A stretch of 64,000 nt of DNA from Felis catus (lineage: Eukaryota): NCBI RefSeq assembly GCF_018350175.1, contig NC_058381.1, positions 60,760,001 to 60,824,000 on the forward strand, written 5' to 3'. This document shows positions 1-11,800 of the stretch, piece after piece. Both the position numbers and the translations under genes were made by a program. The first letter of the stretch is position 1; each line of letters opens with the position of its first letter. The notes beneath the pieces were generated by a model. That model was not told where the DNA came from. It saw only the letters and a list, made by a program, of their open reading frames with translations, and did no database searches.

Positions 1-415
1 TGCTGGTGGCCAGGTGAGTGCCCGCGGTGGGGAGGGGCGAGTCCCTGCTGTAGCGCGTCGGCCCTCCTGCATCTCGGCCTCCTGCCCCCCAGGTGCATGC
101 CCAGGGCTGCTGGGGCCCCGCCCCCGATGCCAGCCCCTGACCCTGCACCCCGTGACTTGGAGCCAACGGCTGAGGCGGGGGCAGTGGGGCTCCCTGAATC
201 CCGCCCCGAGACGGCCCAGCCGGTCAAGAGGGATCTGGGCAAGGTGCCCAAGTGGCTGAAGCTGCCAGGTACCGTGGCAGGGTGCAGCGGAGGGAGGGGC
301 TGCCTGCCGATGGGGAGGCCCTCGGGTCATCTTGGAGCAGCGGAGGGAGGGGCTGCCTGCCGACCCGGGGCCCTCGGGTCATCTTGGTGTTGGCATTGCA
401 GCCGGCAAGAGGTGA
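1..415 (+). CDS. ASPSCR1: ASPSCR1/TUG (UBX-domain tether of GLUT4), last three coding exons (partial gene)
   Basis: Exons <1-13, 93-268 and 402-415 with GT/AG boundaries splice to ...LVAR-CMPRAAGAPPPMPAPDPAP...AQPVKRDLGKVPKWLKLP-AGKR*, which matches the ASPSCR1 C-terminus as I recall it (...GKVPKWLKLPASKR). Confidence 0.93.
284..387 (+). repeat. Two-copy ~53-bp tandem duplication in the last ASPSCR1 intron
   Basis: GCAGCGGAGGGAGGGGCTGCCTGCCGA-n7/8-CCCTCGGGTCATCTTGG at 284-335 and 337-387. Confidence 0.9.
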
Positions 416-477
416 GAGCCACCAGCCTGGAGGTGCCCTGTCTGCCAGCTGCAGGACCCCTCCCCACCCTGAGCGGG

Positions 478-483
478 AATAAA
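478..483 (+). terminator. ASPSCR1 polyadenylation signal
   Basis: AATAAA 63 nt after the stop codon. Confidence 0.8.
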
Positions 484-1452
484 GGTGTGAGCTTCTCTCG
501 GGGTGCTTCTGTCGTCCTTTCTCCAGAAAGGGACCCCACCGCGCCCTGCCTGCAGCTCCCCACCCTGGGCTCATCGATTCTGCAGCCGGTCTGGACCCGC
601 GTGGACCTGGGGGATGCCGCTTGCCGGGACCTCACTCTTGTGAACAGAGGCACAGACAGGTGTCCTCCCTGAGCCCCGACTTGACCTCACTGACACCGTT
701 AATTACCCCTCCTGTGAGGACCCCAGCGGCCCCAGGCGTTCGCTGCCTGGCCGCCTGTCTGAGCGCAGTGGCCGCGGGGCACGGGCTCCCGCCAGCCTCC
801 TCTTCGGGTCTAATGACTTCCACATGCTCCCGGCTCTTTGAAGCCCCTAACACTCCCTGAGGAGAGGGGTGGGAGAGGAAAGTTGGGGGGCCAGCATGGG
901 AAGGGGTGCAGGAGGGAGCCAGCGGGGCTAAATTAGGGAGGACAGGCTTGCTGTCCGGCCCAGGCCCTCCTCAGGTGCGGGCTGCCCGCAAAGGCGCAGA
1001 TCTGCGTGGCAGGCAGGGTGGCTGTTGTCCCTCCCCAGGGGACACCCTGCAGCTCAGGTGTGGGAGCCCCAGGGAGGTGGGTGCCGTGGGGTGGCCAGGC
1101 CCCCGAGCGCCTGGGGGGCAGCCGCACGACCCAGACCGGCTCTGGACAGGTCCCATGCAGCTCGGGTCTCCAGCGGGGCACGGCCTGAGGCCACGGAGCC
1201 GCCCTGACCTAGCTCCAGGTCCCTCCTGCCAGCAGACCCTGCCCACGGCAACATTGCTGGGCCGTGGCAGCCCCACAGCCACGCACCCCGTGGCGGGAGC
1301 ACCGTCCGGCAAGCGGCCACATGCGTGAGGGCTCGGGTTTCACTGCCCCTCGCTGTGGCCCGCGGCAGGGCGCTCACAGGCGCGGTTTGGTGTCCTCCTT
1401 TCTCAGGGCTGGGCTGCCTTCCGACCAGCACGGAGAGGGGCGGCCCAGCAGG

Positions 1453-1614
1453 CTTTGAAGCAACTTGACTTTGGGTGATTAATGCATCAGGGAGGCGTGC
1501 CCGAGAGGCGGCTTTGATTTATTGATGTTGCCTTGTGAGAGCAAATTTATGGCTCAGGGAAGCACCTTCTGAGGGGAATATCAAATGGTTAAAAGGTTAC
1601 ACGGCAGCTTTGAT
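1453..1614. promoter_or_regulatory. Candidate enhancer: TCF/LEF and PBX-HOX/CDX motif cluster
   Basis: CTTTGAA 1453-1459, CTTTGAT 1512-1518 and 1608-1614, TGATTAAT 1476-1483, TGATTTAT 1515-1522, TTTATGG 1546-1552, in a locally AT-rich island. Motif evidence only. Confidence 0.35.
1518..1523 (-). terminator. Probable CENPX polyadenylation signal
   Basis: AATAAA on the minus strand, ~480 nt past the CENPX stop. Confidence 0.6.
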
Positions 1615-2000
1615 GTCGGGGTGTCAGGACCGTGCGCACCTCCGCTCACTCGGAGAAGGCGCACAGGCCACCTGCTCCAGCGGCACCCCGCTGCTTCCTG
1701 GCACCTGCATTCGGACGACCGGGCGCTTCCCTGACACCCGTGGCTGTGAGGGGAAGACGCCTGCCTCCCCGTCGCCTCAGCGACCTTCCCCACCCCATCT
1801 CCTGTGTCCTGGCGGTCAGCAGCGAGGCAGAGGAGACACCAGGAGGGGTGGGGTGTCTGCCAGGACCCAGCTCAGCCCTTGGGGCCGGTGGAGAATCTCG
1901 GGTATCAGGAGCTGCTTGTCTGTAGCCAGAGGCCACCGAAACGTGGGCACAGGGCTTTAGCCTTGACTTGGACAGCAGGCCGCAGTGGGGATGGAAGCCC

Positions 2001-5000
2001 CTAGAAGTCCAGGAGCTGTGGGGGGGAGAGGAGCACTCAGAACCCACAGGTGCCAGCCCCGCTCCTGCTCCCGGGAGGGCAGGGCGCAGGCCCCACTGGG
2101 GGCCACCTACCAGCTGAGGCAACACCTTTTCCAGCTGGTCCACGTCCACGAGAGCCAGGTCCTCCGCCTGGGCCTGCCGGACGCTGCGGATGGCTGCTTC
2201 TGCCGTGACACAGGAGGAAAGTGTGCGGGGGTGGAGGACGGGGTGCACCTCCCCCCAACCCTGTGCGCGGCTGGCAGCTCAGAAACATGGGGCTTTCCAG
2301 GAACACAGAACTTAGGGGCTGGTGGGAAAATGGCAAAGAGGTGTGTGTGTGGTTTCCCAGCTGAGAAACATGAGGGGAGCAGTGAATGGTCGGGACCGGC
2401 CTGGGGGACACCGGAGGACGCTGCCGGGGCCCCTTGGCTCACCCACAACGAAGATCTTCAGCAGCTCCGCCATGAGCCGCAACGCATCCCCACTGACTGC
2501 AAGGTGGAGGGGAGTGAGTTACACGATCCGTGCCCCTCTGGCCACCCCTGTCAGGGGCCATGGTCCCACCCTGCACCCCCACCCCCACCCCGGCCTCCCC
2601 AAGGCGCTGGCCCTGTGCCTGGAGGTCCCTGAGTCTGGCCCCGCCTCCCAGCCAGTGCCCACGAACCTTTGGTCTTGTCATCCTTAAAATGCAGCTGCAG
2701 CAGCTTGCCCACCAGCTCCTGGGGGGGGGGGGGGACGGGGGACGGAAAGGCATCAATGGTGGGTCAGTGGCCCAGCACCGTGCCCTGCCTGCGGCAGACC
2801 CCTTAGGCATTCAGTTCCGGGTGCTGGAAAGACCCTCTATCCAGGAGCCTTTCGAAAGCTGGGAGACTGGGTGGGGAGAGGCCTCCAGGGGAGAAACAGA
2901 CACGTGGTGGACAGGTGGGAGCGGCCCAGGTGCCAACCCACTACTCCCTGGGCTCCAGGACAGTCCTGTGCTCCCACCCCTGGGCCCGAGGCACTCTCCT
3001 CGAGGGGCCCCTTGGCAGGAGTGTCTGCACCACCAACACTGCCTAGCTTGTTCCAGACCCTGCTCTCGGCGCCAGGTCAGCTCCATCTGGGGTCCCTCCC
3101 TGGGGTCTACCGCGTGCAGGGCCTGCAGTGCACAGGGGAATCTTCCTGTACGGGCACGGGTGCCGTGAGCCACACAGCTGTGCAGGGGCCAGGCTGCTCC
3201 ATCAATAGGCGGTCAGGGTGGACAGGGGAGAAGGGGAGCGGAGCCTGGGCGTGTCTGCAGGGCCTCCAGACTGGAGGGTGGGGCAAGGGCGGGTCCAAGC
3301 TGAGACTCCTCAAGGTAGGGGGCTTGAGCCCCCGAAGGATGGCACCTCTCTGCAGAGCTGGGGGAGGTGGGAGGAGGGGCAGCCAGAAATGGGGTGTCAT
3401 GCACGGAAGGTGAGTTGGGGGCTGGCCAGCCCTTGACTTTAGCCACAGGAGGTGGCGCTGCTCCACCCAGTGCCGCTCGGCACAGCCTGAGGGCAGAGCA
3501 GAGGGCAGGACAGGGAGTGGATGCCTTGGGGCCCAGGCTCAGGAGGGTAAGAACTTGCCACAGGGTCCCTCCAGCAGTGACTGTGAGAGCTTGGCGCCAC
3601 CTGCTGGTCCTTCTTGCTGCTTAACCAAGAAGGTACCAGGAAAGGCCCAGAAGGCCCTGCTGCCCCACCTAACCCGGGGGGCCCCAGGAAGACCTACATC
3701 AGCAAGGCTGCTGCACCGGGGCGGGGGGGGGGGGGGGGGGAGACGGCGCTGTCCAGACCACTGAAGGGATCGGCACCAGCTGAACACGGTGGTTCCCTAA
3801 ACAAACAAGTAACTCAAACTCGCGGTGGGCAGGACAGCCTATAGGCACTATGGTGCCCTCTGGCCCTCACCTGGGACAGCCCTGCTCAAGGGTAATGATC
3901 GTGCCCCCAGCTCTCCAGTTATAATTGCGGGAGAGCACTCTTACGATCACCACTCTGCCAAGTCATTCCAGCCTCAGTGACTTTCCCTGTTAGGTCACAA
4001 CCCCTCCTGGGGTGGCCAGGGCTGAACCACAATCTCGGGTGACAAAGAAGAGGGGGCTGAAGCAGAAGGTGAGCCACAGAGGATCCCTGTGTCTGTGCAA
4101 GGGAGTGACTCCTACCCCCCGGGACTGGCAGACCTCCCTTCTGCTATCAGGGGCTCAGAAACCACTCATAGCGGGCAGGGGGCGGGAGCCAGCAGGGCCT
4201 CCGTACCCACCCAGCTACCCAGAACCGCTCTCACCAGGACAAAGGGTGAGGCCCTGAGTGGAATGGCCTAAGTGTAACCCTAGTTCTGCCTCAGTTTCTC
4301 CACCAGTAGGTGAGGAGGGTCCCAGTACCCAATTCCTAAACGGACTCATCTGTGTCAAGGGCCTGTAACCAAGCCTGACCCAACGACACTGACTGCAGAG
4401 CCACACGCACACCCCGGATGGAACACAAACAGAAATGGTTTCAGCTTGGGGCACCTGGGGGGCCAACTTCAGCTCAGGTCATGATCTCGCAGAACCTCAG
4501 TGCAAGCCCCGGGTGGGGGCTCTGTGCTGACAGCTCAGATCCTGGAGCCCGCTTCGGATTCTGTGTTTCCTTCTCTCTCTGCCCCTCCCCTGCTCGTGCT
4601 CTGTCTCTCTGTCTCTCTCTCTCTCTCTCTCAAAAACAAGTATAAGTAAATAAGTAAATAAAAAAATAAAATAAGTTTCAGCTTGACTCGGGTGAGACAC
4701 AAAGCCCAGGACTCTTGATAGGGAGCAGGCCAAAGGGAAACTTTAGAGGATGCAGGCCGCGGGACTACCTGCGAGCCCGGCGCAACCACTACGCAAGGTG
4801 GTCGCCGGATCCCGGAGCTCCCGTGGCTCGGCGGGCGGCGAGGGTTGGGGGCACACGCCTCTGCCTGGTTTCCGCAGACCCTCTCCCTCTGGCCGCCAAC
4901 CAGGCTGCCTACTCCACCCTAGGCTACTCGGCTGCAGGACCCCACCCGCGGAGAGCCAAGGGCGCGCGGGGCGGGGGTCGCGGTCGGGTTCTGGGAACGG

Positions 5001-5142
5001 GCCTGCCCCACAAAGCGCCAGCGGGCGTAGCGGGGGCGGCTCGGGGCCCGCACGTGAGCCACCCTGGGGTCCCCCGCCCGGTCCCCGCCCCCTGCTCCGC
5101 CGGTGCGCTCACTTTCCGGAAGCCGCCGCTAGTTCCTTCCAT
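2001..5142 (-). CDS. CENPX: Centromere protein X (STRA13/MHF2), 5 exons, 79 aa
   Basis: Exons 5113-5142, 2667-2718, 2443-2496, 2111-2199, 2001-2015 (240 nt, all GT-AG) give [79 protein letters not shown]. Confidence 0.97.
4448..4674 (+). mobile_element. Carnivore tRNA-derived SINE (CAN-SINE) in CENPX intron 1
   Basis: GGGGCACCTGG head, (CT)n, A-rich tail; TSD GTTTCAGCTT at 4438-4447 and 4675-4684. Confidence 0.9.
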
Positions 5143-5400
5143 GACAGCCGCCGGGACACGCGCCCTACAGGGTCCTGGGAGCCCCAGGCCAGTCTGTCCC
5201 GGGCGCACCCTCCGAAGTCCCGCCTCCGCCCCTCCAGCCAATCAGTCCGGAGCGCGCCCTCCGCATCCCCGCCCCCTGGGCCAGAAGCGCGTGCCCACCC
5301 CTTCGTCCCTATTGGCCCGCGAAGATCGCTCCTCCTCCTCCGCAAAGCCTCCTGGGAGTTGCAGTTTGCGCTCTCCGTTCCCGGCGCGCCTTGCTCTTCC
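5143..5400. promoter_or_regulatory. CENPX/LRRC45 bidirectional CpG-island promoter
   Basis: Head-to-head genes. CCAAT 5238-5242, opposite-facing ATTGG 5311-5315, ZNF143-like ACTGCAACTCCCAG on the minus strand at 5352-5365; CpG-dense. Confidence 0.75.
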
Positions 5401-5812
5401 TGGATACTGAGGTTCGCGGCGGCCGCGCGGACTCGCGTCTGCACGGGGACGGTCCGGAGCGCGAGGGCTGGGGCCTGGGGCTCGCGGGCCGGCCTCGCCG
5501 CGGGAGGTGCCGTCGACGAGGGGTCCTCACCCCCGCCGCCTGGAGCGGCCCCCTGCTCACTCCCCGGCCCTGCCCTCATGGGGCCTCCCTCCTGTAGAAC
5601 CAACACACTTTGTTCCTCTTTCCTCGGCTCCTGAGAACTTAGGAGTGCCTGTGCTCCGCACTGAGCGGTCCCGGCACCGTAGGCCCCCAGGGCACAGGCC
5701 CTGCCCTCTTGTCCTCAGGGAGAAGAGCCGGGTAGCAGGAGCTAGCAGTCGCCTTCCCTCTGCTTCCCAGCCCCAGCCGGCTCATGGTGAGGCCTGTCCC
5801 CAGGAGTGTGCC

Positions 5813-8800
5813 ATGGAAGAGTTCCGGCACTCCTACAGCCGGCTGTGCAAGGAGAGTGGGGCCGAGCCCCAGGAAACTGTCCTGCAGCAACTGCAGGGGC
5901 TGCCACGGGGTCGGCTGGACCTGGCCACTCAGAGCCTGACCGTGGACACCTGCAGGGCCTTGGGCGAGCTGCTGCAGAAGGAGGCACTGCTGACCGAGCT
6001 CATCCTGAGCGACTGCATGCTGAGCGAGGAAGGTGGGCACCCGAGGGCCGGCAGGGGCCAGGGCAGCCCTTGCAAGGTTGGGGTTGGGGTCAAGCCCTTT
6101 GCCTCAGGGCAGCCTGGACTTGCTTTGTTTCTCGCGGTTTGCTGCGCGCGGTCCACGTTCCTTGGCAGCCTCTGGCTCAGAGGTCTTCCGTCCCGACCGT
6201 CACACTTCATCTTTGTGAGGTTTCTACTCTGTGCTGCAGGCAGTTGAAGCAAGCGGCAGTGCCCCTGACAGCTGCTGGCAATTGAAACCTGGCAGCAGAG
6301 GGCAGTTTCTCTTTGCAACGGAGAAATCCTAGGTTCCCCTTAGGAGAATCCCAGGGTGCTGGTGAGCATGAGGTCAGGAGGCCGGCTCTGTGCCTAGCAG
6401 AGGTTACAGATGTCTCAGACCTGACACAGCAAGCAGGGCAATTCAATTCGGGCGTGAAGCCTGACCAGTGGGGGCCACTGGGACAGTCGTTTCTCCCTTA
6501 TGTCTGGGAAGCTGAGCTGTCCCAAGCTGGAGCCCACGGGGAGGAGCTCAGGGGCACAGAGTGACCGTCCTGCCGCCTTACAGGGGCCACACTGCTGCTC
6601 CAGGGGCTGTGTGCCAACACTGTTGTGCGGTTTCTGGATCTGAAGGTGAGCAAGTCTGCACTCGGGCGTGGGACTTGAGACCCGGAGGGGAGCGGTGGTG
6701 GGGGGGAGGGTGTGTGTGTGTGTGTGTGTGTGGAGATTTGAGTGTCCTAGCAACCTGAAAATGTGGATGGTGGCCGGATACAGTATCTGTGAGTACTCTC
6801 GGCACACAGGGCTCCCTACCATCTTCTGGTGGTCTTGATTGGGGGGTGGTGTGTGATTTGAGGTTAGGAATGTGAGTTCCAGAGCGTCCGTTCAACAAAC
6901 CGCTCCAGGAGGCCCACTCTGGTCAAGGAAAGCACCTTCCGCCCACAGCCGGCCACCTGGCCTCATCCACTGTCTGACCAGGGCCCTGTGGGGTATGGAC
7001 ATGGCATTTGGAGCCCAGCACGTGATGATGGGGAATTACCAGGCTGCCTTTTCTTGCCCTAGGGCAATAACCTTCGAGCTGCAGGGGCCGAGGCTCTGGG
7101 AAAACTCCTCCGACAGAACAAGTCCATTCAGAGGTGAGATGTGGTCCTCGGGTCGGCCCCAGAGGGCACGTTCTGAGGCCCGAGAGAGTTCTCTTGAGCC
7201 CTCCTGGCCCGTTGTCTGCATTCCGTATCCGTTGGTAGGGAGCTGACAAGTTTAAGTTGCTCACGTGGCTGCAGCTTTTCTGCTAGAGACCCCGAAGCCT
7301 GCACCTCCCCTCGAGCCCCTCCAGACCCTGTGGCAGCAGGGTGCTCCTTGGGGCCACACGCCTCACGTCCGCCTCTCCTGCAGTCTCACGCTGGAGTGGA
7401 ACAACTTGGGTGCGTGGGAAGACGCCTTCGCCACTTTCTGCAGGGCCCTGGCGGGCAACGGGGCCCTGCGGCAGCTGGATCTCCGCAACAACCAGATCAG
7501 CCACAAGGGCGCAGAGGAGCTGGCCCTGGCCTTGACGCGCAACGCCAGCCTCCAGCAGCTGGGTGAGGCCTCTCTGCACTGGCCTTCTCCCGGAGGTCTG
7601 AGGTCTGGGGCCGTCGCCTGCTGCTCCCTCGGCCCTCCTGCTGCTTCTGTCCTGTTCTGGAAGCAAGTGGGTGGAAAGGTGCTGCGGGGAGGGGCCCGGT
7701 TTGCTGGGCTCCTGCTCAGTTGGCGACCACAGGGAGCGCCCTTCCCCCAGAGAAAGCATCCCAGGCTGGGCCAGCCGTCTCCAGGCGCGTGTGGTGACAG
7801 TGGATTTCCTTCCAGACCTGCGCTGGAATGACATCGGCCTCCTGGGGGGCCGGGCCCTGGTGAACTGTCTCCCCCGCAACAAGACCCTGTGGAGGTTGGA
7901 GCTGGCGGGGAATAACGTCCCCGGGGACATTCTCAGAGCTGTGGGTACGGGCACTCCGGGCTGCCGACAGCTCGCCCTGTTTGGAGCCGGGGATAAAGCT
8001 GATTCCCTTGGACGGGCCCAGCCACTGAGGGAGGGGCAGCTCGGGGCTTGGGACAGGGACGCGTAGAAGCATCGTGAGATTAGCCTAAATCAGAAACGGA
8101 AGTAGAGGGAGAAGGTTCAAGGGAAGGAGACAGTGGCAGTGAGCCCGCGGAGAGCCTGCTGCCTTGTGTTGCTCCAAGCCTGCCTCGGGACGTGCGCTCG
8201 CTCCTTAGGCCTGTGAGGCACGGGGTCACCTGGGGCGTGGGGTCTTGCCCCGATGGCCATACCACTGCCTTGGTGGCCCAGCCACAGATGGGAAGGGGCT
8301 TCTTGGCATCGGCCCCGTCACCCCAGAGTTCGTGGCTACACGTGTAAGCTGTGTATAAGCGCAGCCACCCAGCCCGTGTGGCCCCCTCCCATCAGTGACC
8401 CCAACAACTCAACCCCAGGCCCGGTTGGACAGTCTGCCACTCCCCATGGTTACTTGTCCTGCCAGCAGCACCGGCCACCCAGGGGCCTGAACTTGGGCTG
8501 GAATCCCGGGTGGGGCCACCACCTCCTGCTGGGCCCACCCGGCCGGTGTTGTCCCCAACTTCTCCTGGTCCCTCAGCCGTTATCATTACCCTCAGTGCCA
8601 CTTTGGGCTGGCTCCTCTCCAAATCTTGCCGGAATCTTTCTGGAACACAGGAGATGAGTGTGGTATTCGATTCTGGGGAGTCACGCTGTGGGTTCTGACC
8701 TCTGGGGTGGAGCCCAAGTGCCCAGGAGAGCATCCATCTGTGGGAGCTGGGCAGTCTCCCCACGTGCATGCCCCTTGCACTGGGTGCCTCCCGGGCTCCT

Positions 8801-11800
8801 GGCCCCACTGTTACCCACGCCTCTGCCTCCGGTGCATTGCGGGGAGGTCTCTCTGATTTGTGGGGTAAGGCTGCCTCACACAGTGTTGATTCCCAGATGA
8901 CTGGCTTCTGGGTGCGGTGCCGGGCTGGCTGGTGGCCGCTCCTGGGCTGAGCAGCCTCCTCCCCGCCCCCCCCCCCCCCCACCTCGTGGATAACTTGGCT
9001 CTTTCCAATAGAGCAAGCCATGGACCACAACCGGGACCGGCAGACCACCTTCCGAGAGAACCAGGCCCGCACCCATGTGCTCAGCAAGGAGGTGCAGCAC
9101 CTCCAGGAAGAGAAATCCAAGCAGGTGAGTTCCGCAGAGCCTCCCCCCAGCTGCATGGACAGAGCTCCCCTTGGTCCCCATGCCATGGCTGTCTTTCCTT
9201 CTCGCGGACACCAGCGCTCCCCCGGGGCGGCCAACACTTAGGCCCGAGAGGCAGCCTCTTGGCCTGACCTCCTCTGTCAGGTGGGCGGGCGGGCAGGCTT
9301 CCCCTGTGCAGGAGTCCCAGCCTCCCTTTGGATGAGGCCAGTGCTTTCCTGTTCTGCTGCTTTGGCGGGCGTCTGCTCTCCTTCCTGCTTGACCAAAGGG
9401 AGCGGGCAGGCTCGAGGTCCTGACACGGCTCTGGCTGGCTCTGTCCCCTCCAGTTTCTAGACTTGATGGAGACGATTGAGAAGCAGCGGAAGGAGATGGC
9501 CAGGAGCAGCAGGTGAGCGCAGCCCCGGGACCGCAGCTCACCTGGGGCGCCCGAGACTTGGATCCTCGGCACCTGCCCACCGACGAGGGGGTGGCGTGCT
9601 CCCCGGGGGAAGCTGGCTGCAGGACGAGGGGCGGCACCGAGAACTTCCCAGCCCAGCACCTGGAGCGTGGTGGAAGCATCAGGAACGGCAGCTGCCGCCA
9701 GAGCCCAGGGTGCCCGGGAAGGCTCTGAGGTTTGGGCTTCTTGGACCTTCCTTCTGTTCGTAGGGCGTCAGCTATACGCGTGGGGCAACTGCAGGAAGCC
9801 CTGAATGAGAGACATTCCATCATCAATGCCCTCAAGGCCAAGTAAGCAGAGGTGGGGGGCACGAGTGTGGTTGGAGGGTGGCTTCAAAGCGCTTTAGTGA
9901 TGTGCCCACGGGCAGAAAAGGGTGGGACAGACAAGAACCCGAGTCCTCGGTGTGCAAAATGGAGGTGGGAAACGGCTGGGCTGGTAATCCTGGAAGGCTT
10001 CTTGGAGGACGTCAGCTCTAGCTGAGGTGAACAGTGGCCAGCAGGAGTGAGAACAGCAAGGCCTTTGCGAGGCCCGAGGTGAGGCAGGGGCGGGGCTGGC
10101 GTCTACCTCCGAACAGGCTGCAGATGGCCGAGGCCGCCCTGGCCCTGTCAGAGCAAAAGGCCCAAGGCCTGGGGGAGCTCTTGGCTACCGCGGAGCAGGA
10201 GCAGCGAAGCTTGGCGCAGAGGCAGGCAAAAGAACACAGGCTAGAGCAGCAGGTGAGCAGGGAGGGCTGGGTGCAGGGCGGGCAGGCGGTGCCGGGCAGG
10301 GGTGACGGGGGCGCCCTTGCCCTGCCTCCCCCGCAGGAAGCTGCAGAGAGGGAGTCCAAGCTCCTCAGAGACTTATCTGCTGCCAACGAGAAGACCCTCC
10401 TCCTGCGAAACCAGGTGTGGGGGTGAGGGGCCGGGCCCCCTGAGGAAACGGGCAGGGCCCCGGGGCCGGGACCCAAGCTTCCCACCCACGGTGCTGCTTC
10501 CCAGGTGGACGAGTTGGAGCGGAAGGTGGGATCTCAGCAAGATCAGCTGTTCCTGGCCAGGCAGGAGCTGACCAACACGGCGGCCGAGCTGAAGACCAGG
10601 GCCATCCAGGCTGAGGGTGGGCGCATGCGGGCCCACAGCCGAGGGGCCCGGAGAGGGGTGGGTGGGGAGCGCCGGGAACGAGGCGCCCCCAGCGAGTCCC
10701 ACCCATGCTCTCCCCTCCTGGGCTTGCAGAGCATCTGGAACTAGAGAAGAAGAGGTCCCGGCAGAACTTGGAGGACTTGGAGCGGCTGCGTGCCAAGGAG
10801 GTGCTTGTCAGTGACCCCATCAGGCCTCCTGCTGTCCCCGCTGTCTGCCGGGGGCCTGCGGAAGCCTCAGGGTGGCCTGGTGTCCCCGAAGCACACCCCT
10901 GGCCGTGCTCCCCTTGACTACCTTGGGGGTGCCTGGCAGTTCTTTGCCAGCCCTAGCAGATGTAACACCCAGGGACTCCGACCAGGCTGTAGAAAGGACC
11001 CCGGCACAGGCTGTCGTGTACCCTGTGCCACCCTGTGTGGCACTGAACTGTGCCCTCTACCCTTCCTGCAAAGCCGCGTGGGGCAGCCCATTCTCGGGAG
11101 GAGCAGTGTCCCCAAGATTTGCCTGCCTCCTGGGGTGGGAAGGGAAGCCTCCTTCTACGGCAGGGGGTCAGGGGATGTCCGCCCGGGGGATTGGTCTCCG
11201 AGCCCTGCCCCCACCCTGTGCCTGGGCAGGTAGAGCACCTGACTCGCCGCTTGGAAGAGAGTGAGAGGGCCATGCAGGAGAGGGTACAGAGGCTGGAGGC
11301 CTCACGGCTGTCCCTAGAGGAGGTGAGCACATGCCAGTTGGGTGCTAGACTCTGCCTTTCTCTGGGGCACCCCTTCTGTCGGTCAGAACCTCTTCAGGCC
11401 CGCCCATCCCCCGCCCCCCCTCCCCCCGCGTTCAGGACCAGTATCTCCGTGAGGCCAGAGGGACTTTCCTACGGTGGGACGTGGGACCTCTTGGCCGTGG
11501 CAACTCCTGGGACACTCTCAGGAGGCTGGTGCGGGGCACCCCCGGCCCAGTGGCCGGGTGGGGCCACAGGGGTCCCTGGCTAGGGGCAGGAGAATAGGCC
11601 CAGTGGGTCGCTGTCTGTGGGGCAGGAGCTGAGCCGAGTGAAGGCGGCGGCTCTCAGTGAGCGTGGCCAGGCTGAGGAGGAGCTCATCAAGGCCAAGAAC
11701 CAAGTCCGTCTGGAGGAGGTAAGCCCGTGGCCAGACACGCCTGGATTCCACAGCTTACGGTTCCCACCGGGGAGCGAGGCCTGAGGGGCTGATGTGCACC

